A stretch of DNA of 39,480 nt from an uncultured Bacteriovoracaceae bacterium (lineage in GTDB: Bacteria; Bdellovibrionota; Bacteriovoracia; Bacteriovoracales; Bacteriovoracaceae). Where the stretch lies: positions 1 to 39,480 of the forward strand of contig CAJXHA010000001.1 of the NCBI GenBank assembly GCA_913053615.1. The letters are read 5' to 3'. The translations under genes and the position numbers were made by a program. The notes beneath the pieces are model-generated. The model saw nothing but the letters and a program-made list of their open reading frames with translations. It ran no database searches and was not told where the DNA came from. Positions 27,341-36,717 of this stretch are shown here, piece by piece (positions within the stretch are counted from its first letter, which is position 1; each line of letters opens with the position of its first letter).

Positions 27341-27697
27341 ATGAAATTATTTAAGAATATTTACTTACAACATGGACTTGGCATACTAGGTCTCGCCCTT
27401 ATCTTTTATCTAGCAGTGCTTATTCCAAATACAGATCTTGCAAGATTCACTTGGTGGGATAAGCTTAATCACTTCATAGCTTTTTTTGTTGCAACTAATT
27501 ATTACCTATTAATTACCAAGCATAAAAAGCAAATTGCAATCTCTTTATTTTTTTATGGAATACTACTTGAAGGTGCTCAGGCCATGACCGCCACCAGAGA
27601 GGCAAGTTACTTAGATATTCTTGCCAATCTATGTGGAATCATTGCTGCATATCTTTTAAATAAAAATCTGCTTAGACTTAATCGTGAAGAGAACTAA
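27341..27697 (+). CDS. VanZ-like membrane protein
   Basis: WDKLNHFIAFFV ... LLEGAQAMTATREASYLDILANLCGIIAAY matches the VanZ-family pattern (DK-x-x-H ... E-x-x-Q ... R-x-x-S-x-x-D-x-x-x-N-x-x-G). I chose the start at Met20. Confidence 0.6.
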   Translation: MKLFKNIYLQHGLGILGLALIFYLAVLIPNTDLARFTWWDKLNHFIAFFVATNYYLLITKHKKQIAISLFFYGILLEGAQAMTATREASYLDILANLCGIIAAYLLNKNLLRLNREEN

Positions 27698-28052
27698 AAC
27701 AACCTACTTCATAAGTTTGTGAATAATTATCATCTAGCTTGGTCATTTTAAAATCTACAACAAAGTACCCTAGAGCACGATCAATATATTCAGACTTGAT
27801 AATGATTTCTTCTTTAACTAACCCATCACGTGTTTCGTAATGATAAAAATCATCTCCACTACTAACTAAGAAGAGATCCTTTAGTACTCTTAGTTCATTG
27901 GGATCATGCACGCCAGTTGTTAAAAATAAAGTACTAGCATCACCATCTAAATTAATCACCATACGGTCATATGAATTTGAGTGAGCACACTGAATGTACT
28001 GTCTAGCAAAAGAAATATTTGTTATTAAAATTAAAAGTGTGATTAGTTTCAT
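27678..28052 (-). CDS. Small secreted protein, unknown function
   Basis: Signal peptide MKLITLLILITNISFA. It is the last gene of a three-gene same-strand cluster. Its 3' end overlaps the VanZ-like gene convergently by 20 nt. Confidence 0.45.
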   Translation of the reverse strand: MKLITLLILITNISFARQYIQCAHSNSYDRMVINLDGDASTLFLTTGVHDPNELRVLKDLFLVSSGDDFYHYETRDGLVKEEIIIKSEYIDRALGYFVVDFKMTKLDDNYSQTYEVGCFSSLHD

Positions 28053-28067
28053 TTTTTTCTCTCTTTT

Positions 28068-29900
28068 TTATTTTCTTTCAATACAGAATTTTTCAAAAGT
28101 TTTTAATGGTGCATCTGTTTGCCCATCATATGAATGTCCACCAAGAATACCTAAGCAATCTTCAAAACCAACAACTTGTGAAAAGCCTTTGTATTCATTT
28201 AAAAAGCGACCTGTATGAGTCCACTTCATTTCATTAAAATTAAATTGATAAATATGGGGAACGTACTCATAGTCCCATTGACCAGTTTTAAACATCCCAC
28301 CAAACATTAGTCCATAATCACTTAAGCGCCCTGCCGCAGGAGCAAAAGTGCCAAATGGAAGCTTTGGAAGTTCTTTAAAGTTGCCTATAAGAGGATCAAA
28401 TTGGGTAAAGTCATCAGATAAAGAAAAGTGACTTCCACCTTCTGAAATTCCACCTAATAAATAAATTAAACCATTGCGTACAAAGGCACTAAATGCACGA
28501 CGCTTTTTTGGAAGTTTAGCTCTAAGAGTAAGCCATTGATGAGTTCTTAAATCAAAGCGATCAATTTGATCATGAAAGGTTCCATCGATATCATCATCAA
28601 AGCGTGGAGTTGAATCCCAGCCACCAATTAAATAAACATAATGGTCAATTTGTACCGCTACATTAGAAGAGCGCTTACGAGGCATTAAATTCACATACTC
28701 CCACTTATCTTGCGCTATATTATAGCGTTCAACTAGGTTTAGTGACTTCCATTTTGGAAGATTATTTTCTTCATATGCAAAGCCACCAAATGCATAAATA
28801 TATCCATTATAAGCGGCCAATTGAAAGCCATGGGCCTTTGATGGTCTTGGAGCAGCTTTTTTCCAACGATTTAAATTAATATCATAAATATTTACTTCCC
28901 CAGAAAAACTCTCAGGTGGATATGTATGTTCAGCACCTTTATGGCCTCCAACAACATAGATTTTCCCTTCATACTCAATAGCACCAAATGAAGAGCGAGC
29001 ATCTCCTATCATTCGATCTAATAAGTTATTTGAAAATTGAGTTTGACCAGAAGTTTGAGGTGCATAAAAACTTTTATCACTGGACTGTAAGACTTCTATT
29101 CCCTCAATTTGTGTATTGGTTAGATTTTCTTTCTTCTTTAGATAAAGGCCAAATGTACCTTCATTGACCTGATCATTAGTGTATAAAAGATCACCAGCAT
29201 TATTAAAGTGAGGAGAAAAGTCTCTCGCAGCATTACTGGTTACTCTTTGAATCGTTTTATTAAAGCGATCATAAATAAAGATATCCCAATTATCATTTTC
29301 TAAGGCGGTAAAAGCGATAAGCTTTTCATCCTTAGAGAGACTTGGTGACATGCCCTTTGCAATAACTTCTTTTTTATCTGCCTTCACATCATAGAGAACA
29401 ATCTCACGGACTTTGCCATTATTTCTTTGATAAATTAATCGCTCTGCATTTTGAAATGCCTTTGGAAAAAATGCTGGCATCTCTTCATTAATATAATGAA
29501 TTTCACGAGATCCATTTAAATCCATATAGGCAATTTTCTGAGTAGTATTCACTTTGATTGAAAAATAAATGCGCTTGCCGGCCTTTGCAAAACTAGGATG
29601 AACAACAAAGCCTGGATCAGTAAGTCTTTCGATACGACCTGTTCTTAGGTCGTGCAAATATAGACTTAAACTATTTGCATCATCACCTTTAGCATAGACC
29701 ACACGATTTCCATCTGGACTAATATTTGGGTAAAGATGCCATTGATCACCATATGTAATCAATTTATAATCACCATCTTCTGTCATCAGTGCAATATGTT
29801 TAGACTTCTCATCTTCTACCATGAAAACACTTAGTGATTTGGCCAATACATTTTGAGTGAAAATGACCCCGACAAGGGCCGTAAAAAACAAATATTTCAT
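28068..29900 (-). CDS. Secreted TolB-like (PD40/WD40-like) propeller fused to a Kelch-repeat propeller
   Basis: The N-terminal half has PD40-type strands (YPNISPDGNRVVYA, MSPSLSKDEKLIAF, FSPHFNNAGDLLYT). The C-terminal half has Kelch GG motifs (KIYVVGGH, YIYAFGGF, YVYLIGGW, LIYLLGGI, LMFGGM). Confidence 0.7.
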   Translation of the reverse strand: MKYLFFTALVGVIFTQNVLAKSLSVFMVEDEKSKHIALMTEDGDYKLITYGDQWHLYPNISPDGNRVVYAKGDDANSLSLYLHDLRTGRIERLTDPGFVVHPSFAKAGKRIYFSIKVNTTQKIAYMDLNGSREIHYINEEMPAFFPKAFQNAERLIYQRNNGKVREIVLYDVKADKKEVIAKGMSPSLSKDEKLIAFTALENDNWDIFIYDRFNKTIQRVTSNAARDFSPHFNNAGDLLYTNDQVNEGTFGLYLKKKENLTNTQIEGIEVLQSSDKSFYAPQTSGQTQFSNNLLDRMIGDARSSFGAIEYEGKIYVVGGHKGAEHTYPPESFSGEVNIYDINLNRWKKAAPRPSKAHGFQLAAYNGYIYAFGGFAYEENNLPKWKSLNLVERYNIAQDKWEYVNLMPRKRSSNVAVQIDHYVYLIGGWDSTPRFDDDIDGTFHDQIDRFDLRTHQWLTLRAKLPKKRRAFSAFVRNGLIYLLGGISEGGSHFSLSDDFTQFDPLIGNFKELPKLPFGTFAPAAGRLSDYGLMFGGMFKTGQWDYEYVPHIYQFNFNEMKWTHTGRFLNEYKGFSQVVGFEDCLGILGGHSYDGQTDAPLKTFEKFCIERK

Positions 29901-29960
29901 AATCTTATCCTATTTTGCAGATAAGCTTATGAGTGGGTGTTTGATATGTCAAACTAACCC

Positions 29961-31127
29961 TTAGTTTTCGGCTTCATCCTCACTAGGAAAGAGGCTTTGC
30001 TCGCATTCTTCTAAATAGATATCATTGATTTTCTTTAATTGACGTTCTTTATGCAGGGCAATGTTTATAGGTTCGTAATCCCCATCTGTAATATTATTTT
30101 TACCATATACTTTCATATACCAAATACCGTCTTTATACTTAATTTTGGAATATGATTTCTTAGACCATTTTTCTTCATAGGCCGGATGCTGATAATTTGA
30201 ATCTTGCACCTTAAATTCATACTCCACTGTACCATCTTCATTAGTAATTTTCTCAGCATCAAAAACCACTTGAGCATGCGCCATCACACCTGGGTATTGA
30301 AGAGTGATATAACCAATTTCATCGCGATCATTTACTGACTCAAAGAGATCTACGACCTCTTCATTTTGATGCCTTAATGTTTTTTCACGTTTTCTTTGCT
30401 CTTCTTCTTCTGAGTCATAAGTTCTGCGCTCAAACTTTCTTTGCGCTCTTGCATTTATTTTCTCATCCCCATGATCTTTAAATGGATCAATAATCCATCC
30501 CATTTGTTTGGTATAAAATTCAGGTGACTTCTTAGTATAGGTATCAGGAATGCTTAGGCCATTTACCCATTGCATTTTTAGAAAGCTATCTTCTGCCATC
30601 CATTTTTGTAAACGTTTTTGCACTAGCTTTTCTATCTCTGGGTCTTCTGTAAATTCTTTTAATGAAGCATAGCCTGGAATTTCAACCATCCCTTTTCTCT
30701 TGGCAATACTCTTAATTAATTGTTTTAACTCTCTTCTATCTTCTTTCTTATTAGGGTCTAGTTTTGGTTTCTCAGGATTAAATGCCGCCAGGTAAGTTGC
30801 ATTACGATGAAATTGTGAATGCCACCAACAAACACCTGTAGGTAGTCCAAAAAGTCCTTTATTATTAGAAAAACCCATACGTCCTTTCTTGGTACATAAC
30901 ATTGCTTGAAAGTCTCTTGGAGTACGAGCACAAAGCTCAGCTTTTGATTTTGCTGGTTCAATATTTACGGCACAAGGATCAAATTCCCTATTCTCTAAAT
31001 TATTAATTAACCCACTAGATTCCACTGGCACTTCAGGCATATGTTCTGTTGAAGCTGGATCACAGGAAACATTCATTGCAAATGCACTGGATGTAAAAAT
31101 AAATAAGAAGAATAAAACCTGTTTCAT
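29961..31127 (-). CDS. Secreted protein, unknown; possible papain-fold Cys/His/Asp hydrolase
   Basis: I placed the start at ATG 31127 (MKQVLFFLFIFTSSAFA), after AGGGG. The ORF-track TTG at 31142 has no SD. GVCWWHSQF, MAHAQVVFD and VQDSNY occur in the order expected of a Cys-His-Asp/Asn triad. The assignment is weak. Confidence 0.5.
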   Translation of the reverse strand: MKQVLFFLFIFTSSAFAMNVSCDPASTEHMPEVPVESSGLINNLENREFDPCAVNIEPAKSKAELCARTPRDFQAMLCTKKGRMGFSNNKGLFGLPTGVCWWHSQFHRNATYLAAFNPEKPKLDPNKKEDRRELKQLIKSIAKRKGMVEIPGYASLKEFTEDPEIEKLVQKRLQKWMAEDSFLKMQWVNGLSIPDTYTKKSPEFYTKQMGWIIDPFKDHGDEKINARAQRKFERRTYDSEEEEQRKREKTLRHQNEEVVDLFESVNDRDEIGYITLQYPGVMAHAQVVFDAEKITNEDGTVEYEFKVQDSNYQHPAYEEKWSKKSYSKIKYKDGIWYMKVYGKNNITDGDYEPINIALHKERQLKKINDIYLEECEQSLFPSEDEAEN

Positions 31128-31270
31128 ATTAACCCCTAACAATAACTATTCGGCTTAAAAATATATTTGCTTTATTGCCCGACAAAAACGCTCCGGAGAA
31201 GCATTAAATTTTATAATATTTAAATGCAATTTTAGTTTTATAAAGAAGGCTTTGAGCTTATGATTACTAA

Positions 31271-32809
31271 ATGTTCTTAGGTGTTAATACGCAACATTTT
31301 ATGCCTCATGGCCATTGTATTATGTGGACGCCACAAATACTTTTTCCCATTGTCATTTCTGATATTATAATCTTTCTAAGTTATACATCGATCCCTGTCG
31401 CACTTTATATTTTTCAATCTAAGAGAAGCGATCTTACAGATAATTCAAGACTAGTATTAATACTCTTCTTTCTTTTTATATTTCTATGTGGGATCACTCA
31501 TGCCATTTCAGCTTGGAATTATTGGCATGCAAATTATGTGCTGGATATGTTTGTAAAAGTTCTTACCGCACTAGTTAGTATGGCCACCGCCATAAAATTA
31601 TTTCAGCTCTTACCAACCTTGATAAAACTCCCTTCAATAACTGAGTACGATAAAGTTATTAAAGAGCTTAAAAAAGTAAATGATGAACTTGAAAGAAGAG
31701 TTGAAAAAAGAACCCAAGAGATTCAAGAAAAAAACAAACTTCTAAGTACTGTCTTAAATGGTATTAGTGAAGGGATTGTACAGTACTACCCTATTTATAA
31801 TGAAAATGATGAGGTCATTGATTTTAGAAATAAGGCCTTAAATCAAAATGCTTTTAAAGAATCAGAGTATAAAGAGATTGATCAACTTGAATCAGACTCT
31901 GTCAAATCTTTTCCGGGTATAGTTGAAAATGGACACTTTGATCGCTGTTTAAAAGCATGGAATGAATCAACGACAGTTATTGTCGATCCTTCTTATAATA
32001 GTTTTCATAATCGCTTCTACCGTGAAGTTGTACATAGGCCAGCAAATGAAAATTATCTTGTGGTCTATTTCACAGATGTAACAGATAGAGAGGAAATGAA
32101 AATAAATAAGCTCACTCAAACCAAGCTTCTTGCTCTTGGTGAATTAGCTGGTGGGATTGCTCATGAAATCAACACACCTCTACAAGTACTTAGTGGCTAT
32201 TCTCGTAAAGTAGAGAGAAGCCTATCAGAAGAACTTAAAACACAAAACCAAGAAAACTTTAAAGTTATCAATGAGACTTTAAAATTTATTAATCAATTAA
32301 TTAAAAACCTCAAAAGTCTCTCCCGTGGTAATGCTAGTACCGTGGTCGAAATAAATATCTCTGAATTCTTTGAAAAGAGTTTATTCTTTCTTGAACAACG
32401 TTTGAGCAATAATAATATCCAACTCATTAAAAACTACTCCCATAACGAAATTAAAAGTATAAATTTTAATGAAGTTTCTCTTTTTCAAATTACCACCAAC
32501 CTTTTAAAAAACGCCATGGATTCAGTCATTGAAAAACATGAAACAGATAAAGAGCATAAAAGTATAATAGAAATCAATCTTATTAAAAATGACCATGAAG
32601 TTATTATCGAGATTGCAGATAATGGCATTGGTATTGATGATAAAATTATTCATAAAATCTTTGATCCCCTTTTTACAACTAAAGGTGAAAATAAAGGAAC
32701 AGGTCTTGGACTTTCACTTAGTCAAAAGCTTGCAATGGATATGGGGGCAAGATTAAGAGTGATACAAGATGATATGACACGCTTTCAATTGGTGGTAGGA
32801 AATGAGTAA
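31271..32809 (+). CDS. Sensor histidine kinase with ETR1-type (ethylene-receptor-like) N-terminal transmembrane domain
   Basis: H-box GGIAHEINTPL, N-box NLLKNAMDS, G1 DNGIGI, G2 GTGLGLSLS. The N-terminal 3-TM domain reads HGHCIMW...ISD...SYTSIP...FIFLCGITHAISAW...KVLTALVSMATA...LPS (nt 31301-31636). The start could also be Met11 (31301). Confidence 0.85.
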   Translation: MFLGVNTQHFMPHGHCIMWTPQILFPIVISDIIIFLSYTSIPVALYIFQSKRSDLTDNSRLVLILFFLFIFLCGITHAISAWNYWHANYVLDMFVKVLTALVSMATAIKLFQLLPTLIKLPSITEYDKVIKELKKVNDELERRVEKRTQEIQEKNKLLSTVLNGISEGIVQYYPIYNENDEVIDFRNKALNQNAFKESEYKEIDQLESDSVKSFPGIVENGHFDRCLKAWNESTTVIVDPSYNSFHNRFYREVVHRPANENYLVVYFTDVTDREEMKINKLTQTKLLALGELAGGIAHEINTPLQVLSGYSRKVERSLSEELKTQNQENFKVINETLKFINQLIKNLKSLSRGNASTVVEINISEFFEKSLFFLEQRLSNNNIQLIKNYSHNEIKSINFNEVSLFQITTNLLKNAMDSVIEKHETDKEHKSIIEINLIKNDHEVIIEIADNGIGIDDKIIHKIFDPLFTTKGENKGTGLGLSLSQKLAMDMGARLRVIQDDMTRFQLVVGNE

Positions 32810-33164
32810 ATTTATTTTTGTTGATGATGATCCAAATATTTTAGAAGTCTATAAAGATGAGATTGAAATTGGCATCGGAGATATAGATGCTCACTTCTTT
32901 GAATCAGCTTTAGACGCTAAAGAATTTATTGAAGACAATGATGATATAAAACTTATAGTCACAGATGGTAAAATGCCAGAACTAGATGGCTATGAACTTG
33001 GTAAGTTAGCAAAAGAAAAAGATCCCAATATAAAAGTTATTATGATCTCTGGTCACTTTAATCTTGAAGATACAGAAAAAGAAGGTACTAAGGTTTTAGA
33101 TCATTTTCTTGAAAAACCAATTGATTTTGATGACTTTATTCAATTATTAAAATCAAACACTTAA
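32802..33164 (+). CDS. Stand-alone CheY-like response-regulator receiver domain
   Basis: It has an 8-nt overlap with the kinase gene. FVDDDPN acidic pocket, VTDGKMPELDG phospho-acceptor Asp, MISG and EKP Lys. There is no output domain. Confidence 0.85.
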   Translation: MSKFIFVDDDPNILEVYKDEIEIGIGDIDAHFFESALDAKEFIEDNDDIKLIVTDGKMPELDGYELGKLAKEKDPNIKVIMISGHFNLEDTEKEGTKVLDHFLEKPIDFDDFIQLLKSNT

Positions 33165-33232
33165 AGACCATATAGCTTCTAAATATCTTCTCTTTAATAA
33201 CCGATAAGTCATATAGGTTAAGGGGAGCCTAT

Positions 33233-34480
33233 TTGAAACTTTTACTTTTATCTATCATTATTTCCAATTATCTTTGGTCATTTGCATGTCCTAATATTCG
33301 TTTAGATAAGAACTTTCCCAATAATACTCCTCGCAATAAGGCCAAATACAAAACAATGAACTCAATAGGAGTAAAAAACCAAAAACTTGGAATTTGTTAT
33401 GCCTACACGGCCACTCAAATGATCGATGCCATTCGCTCAAAAAGACTTTATGAAAGAGGAATAACTCCTAATAATAGCAATCTAATTGAAAGCTCCCCTA
33501 TCTTTACAGCTGTTACCACAGAGAGTGCATGGGGTGATGAAGAGCTAACTTATAAGAAAAATGGAGATCCCCGCTACCCTTTTGAGGGGGGAGATCTCTG
33601 TGAGGCCTTCAATTCTACTAAGGAATTAAAAGCATGCCCTCGTAACCAAATGGAAAGACTTATTCATAACTCAGGTCTCAATGAAGAATCATTTTTTAAA
33701 AGACTCTTAGAAATTGAAGAAGAAATGAGAGATAAAAGAGCACAAGTCTTTTTAAAATACTCAACTCAACCAGCCCCCTTTGCAACCAGTACAAATGTAG
33801 TTAATTTTTTTGAGAATTCTTCTAATGCCACCACTGAATTAAAAGCATGTAAGAATAATGCTATTCATGAAACCTATGATAGCTTAAAAGATATTTTTAA
33901 AAGCAACTTTACAATTACCCGAGAGATGTTTGCTAAGTATTTTGATCCTGAACTTTTTAGTGATCCCTTTCAAATAAAATCAATTCTAAAAAATGTTTGT
34001 GATGCTCGTATAACAGTTAATACCAAGAGTACTTGTAAATCAATGACAGGTAGAGATGCCAATAGAATAAAAGATACCAAATACCCTTTTACCAGAAAGA
34101 TTCTAGAAGAGTTAGCATCTGACTCAGTTCCAGTCGGTATTTCATACTGTGGCTATATGCTCTATGGTGATAAGAATTTTGATGGAATCAAATCACGCTC
34201 ACCTTTAAGATTTCAAAAATCTCAAGGTAGAGAGTGTGGTGCTCACTCATCTTTAATTATTGGAAGCCGTTGGAATACGAAAACTAATAGTTGCGATCTC
34301 TTAGTAAGAAATACCTGGGGAACGGGCTGTAGTAAACAACACTACCCCTCTAAGAGTACATTACAAAAGAAAAACCCAGGAAAATCTATTAGTCAGTATG
34401 ATGTAAAATGTGAAGGTGGAAATTACTGGATTGATTATAGGACGCTAGAAAAAAATATCTATCGGGTACAGCACTTATGA
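33233..34480 (+). CDS. Secreted papain-family (C1-like) cysteine peptidase
   Basis: TTG start after AAGGGGAG. Signal peptide. NQKLGICYAYTA (Gln oxyanion plus Cys nucleophile), CGAHSSLIIG (His) and VRNTWGTGC (Asn-x-Trp-Gly) occur in canonical order. Confidence 0.7.
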   Translation: MKLLLLSIIISNYLWSFACPNIRLDKNFPNNTPRNKAKYKTMNSIGVKNQKLGICYAYTATQMIDAIRSKRLYERGITPNNSNLIESSPIFTAVTTESAWGDEELTYKKNGDPRYPFEGGDLCEAFNSTKELKACPRNQMERLIHNSGLNEESFFKRLLEIEEEMRDKRAQVFLKYSTQPAPFATSTNVVNFFENSSNATTELKACKNNAIHETYDSLKDIFKSNFTITREMFAKYFDPELFSDPFQIKSILKNVCDARITVNTKSTCKSMTGRDANRIKDTKYPFTRKILEELASDSVPVGISYCGYMLYGDKNFDGIKSRSPLRFQKSQGRECGAHSSLIIGSRWNTKTNSCDLLVRNTWGTGCSKQHYPSKSTLQKKNPGKSISQYDVKCEGGNYWIDYRTLEKNIYRVQHL

Positions 34481-34830
34481 AAAACTTTATGCTCATGACC
34501 TTACTATTTTCAAGTTCTCTCTTTGCCTTTGAACCAAAGCTTAAAGAAGTACAATTAAAAAAATTCAGTGCCGCTATTTCAGAAAATTGCCAAGGTGATT
34601 GTATGGCCTTAAGCTCAATTAAAGAATTGGATGCTAAAAAACTTGCAAGTATCAAAGACAAACTTTTTGGAGGTAGACAGCCTGGTCTTATGCTCTGCCT
34701 TTATGCTTTTAAAGCTAGCTTTAAAACATTTAAAGACCAAGAAGGCAATGAACAAACCTATTGTTACTTTAAAGATCAAAGCTATATTTCAACTGCTGAA
34801 TATGATAAGGCCATTAGCTACTTTGATTAA
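34477..34830 (+). CDS. Small secreted protein overlapping the peptidase gene (ATGA)
   Basis: Signal peptide MKNFMLMTLLFSSSLFA and 4 Cys. The GNEQTYCYFKDQSYIS segment faintly recalls DUF333-type small proteins. The function is unknown. Confidence 0.5.
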   Translation: MKNFMLMTLLFSSSLFAFEPKLKEVQLKKFSAAISENCQGDCMALSSIKELDAKKLASIKDKLFGGRQPGLMLCLYAFKASFKTFKDQEGNEQTYCYFKDQSYISTAEYDKAISYFD

Positions 34831-35582
34831 TAGAAATAAACTAAACTTAAATCAAGCTCCGTTCGCTTAGTTGAAAAGTCACTATAATCAATAATCTCCT
34901 GAGCGAGGCTTGTTCTTAAATCCCATCTCTCATGAAAAGAATAAATAAGCCCTAGACCATACTTAATAATATCACCTTCAACCTTAATATCGTCTTCTTC
35001 TTCACCTGAAATATCTTCTAGAACTTGATCAAAGAATGGCGAATATCCTTCATACTTTCCAGAACCAAGATTTAAACTAAGAGCCAGATTACTTGTGTAC
35101 TGATAAAGAATGTCCAGCCCTATAACATCCTCTCTGGTATTAAAAATTAATAGATCCATTTGATCACTAGAGAAATATGGCCTTAAAGATACTTTTTCAC
35201 TTAAGCGATACCAATAATCAATGCGGTATTGAGTATATAAGAAAAGAGTAGCAAAGCTTATACCTAAATTATGCTCTCTACTCCTAAGCACTCCCCACTT
35301 TACACCAAGTGGATATAACCAACTTACATTTTCATTTATCCCTTGTTCAAAACGCAATAATGGCATGGCATAATCAGTACTACTTACATCTAAACTAGAA
35401 GTCGATATATCATCCACTTCAGTTACTTGAGTATGATAACCACTTGCACCAAATTCCACACTAGCAACATCATCTGGAAGTGCGTAGGGCCTATCAATAT
35501 GGCTACGTGAATAATCTCCCTTAGGTGTACTAGAACAAGCAATAAATAAAAATAAAATAGAAACTAAGTATAAAATCTTCAT
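34827..35582 (-). CDS. Lipoprotein, probable outer-membrane beta-barrel
   Basis: I placed the start at ATG 35582 (MKILYLVSILFLFIACSS, lipobox), after AAGGA. The body has beta-strand periodicity and the C-terminus is LSLVYFY (aromatic). Confidence 0.6.
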   Translation of the reverse strand: MKILYLVSILFLFIACSSTPKGDYSRSHIDRPYALPDDVASVEFGASGYHTQVTEVDDISTSSLDVSSTDYAMPLLRFEQGINENVSWLYPLGVKWGVLRSREHNLGISFATLFLYTQYRIDYWYRLSEKVSLRPYFSSDQMDLLIFNTREDVIGLDILYQYTSNLALSLNLGSGKYEGYSPFFDQVLEDISGEEEDDIKVEGDIIKYGLGLIYSFHERWDLRTSLAQEIIDYSDFSTKRTELDLSLVYFY

Positions 35583-35695
35583 GATCAAAAATCCTTTGCA
35601 AGATTCTATCACAAAAAATGTAAATCTCTTAAAGCTTGGGTAAGAAAAAACGAAATCCCCGACTAGTTTAGTCTTTAATAATGTAGAAAAATAAT

Positions 35696-36094
35696 TTATC
35701 CGACAGTCGCCTTTAAATTAGTAATCGCTTGTTTAAGATCAGAGGTTACTTCTTGGGAACGAATAATTCCATTATCAGATAAACTACTTTTTAAAGTTGC
35801 TTTTAATCCACAAAGTAAAACTTTATTACTTACTTCATCTGCACGTAAATCTTTTTGTAATTGTACTAATTCTCTATGCCCTGTGGGCTCTACTCTTGAT
35901 ACCTTTGAAAAGTCGATAATAAATAAATGACAACTAAGACTCTTAATTTCTTCTAAACAAGCTTGCAAAATCTTAGCACTCTTGCCATCAATCACTCCCC
36001 TAAAACGAATTACACATAAACTATTTTGATGATTAATGAGATAAGCAAACTCTGCTCTTTCTTTTTCCTCAACATTTAAATTCGACTGCATCAT
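35696..36094 (-). CDS. STAS-domain protein (anti-sigma-factor antagonist-like)
   Basis: VIRFRGVIDGKSAKILQACLEEI...LFIIDFSKVSRVEPTGHRELVQLQKDLR...VLLCGL follows the SpoIIAA/STAS layout. No partner kinase or phosphatase is adjacent. Confidence 0.65.
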   Translation of the reverse strand: MMQSNLNVEEKERAEFAYLINHQNSLCVIRFRGVIDGKSAKILQACLEEIKSLSCHLFIIDFSKVSRVEPTGHRELVQLQKDLRADEVSNKVLLCGLKATLKSSLSDNGIIRSQEVTSDLKQAITNLKATVG

Positions 36095-36369
36095 ACGTTC
36101 TCCTTAAAGATCAAATTTAAAATTATTCCTTAATACTACCAGCACTTAAAGTATTAAAAGACTCCTAATATTCTCCTTCGCTCAAGTGACTTTTATTGCG
36201 TCTTCACTTAAGTTTTTCTTAATATCTTCTTTTTTAAAACTCTACTTAGCACTAAATATCGGCAAGAAATTATGGCACAAGCATTTGGAACCGCGTAGCT
36301 TTTACCGACTCCCTTATCAAATTGTAATAACTTAGTTACACGCATCTTAATTAAACTTTAGGAGACCAA

Positions 36370-36684
36370 ATGAAATTATTAACATTCTTAGTTCTTATGG
36401 CCTCTTTCACTAACCTCTTTGCAGGTGAGATGAAAGAAATCGATTATGCTACCAGAGAAACTGTAGCAAATGCTTATTATACTGGCATAGACCAAGACGA
36501 GTATTACGATTTTATGTACTCGGAAATCTGGGGCGTAAAACTTAAAGCAAGTCCTACAGAAGACTGTCTAGTTATCACAACAGGTTGGACTACAGAAACA
36601 ATTCTAAACGAAAGAAATGAAGTTGAGTTCTCAGTCTGTATTAATAAGCTAGCAGATGGAAGTTATACCGGCTCATTACTATAA
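36370..36684 (+). CDS. Small secreted protein, unknown function
   Basis: AGGAG SD and signal peptide MKLLTFLVLMASFTNLFA. Confidence 0.5.
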   Translation: MKLLTFLVLMASFTNLFAGEMKEIDYATRETVANAYYTGIDQDEYYDFMYSEIWGVKLKASPTEDCLVITTGWTTETILNERNEVEFSVCINKLADGSYTGSLL

Positions 36685-36717
36685 TCAGCTACTTAAAAGC
36701 TTAAGAAAGTCCACTTT

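Noticed and set aside
36273-36288. Sigma54-like element TGGCAC-aagca-TTTGG upstream of the 36370 gene
   Set aside because: The -24 TGGCAC is perfect, but the -12 position reads TTTGG instead of TTGC(A/T), so the critical GC is displaced. No enhancer-binding protein gene is nearby. It is kept only as a weak possibility.
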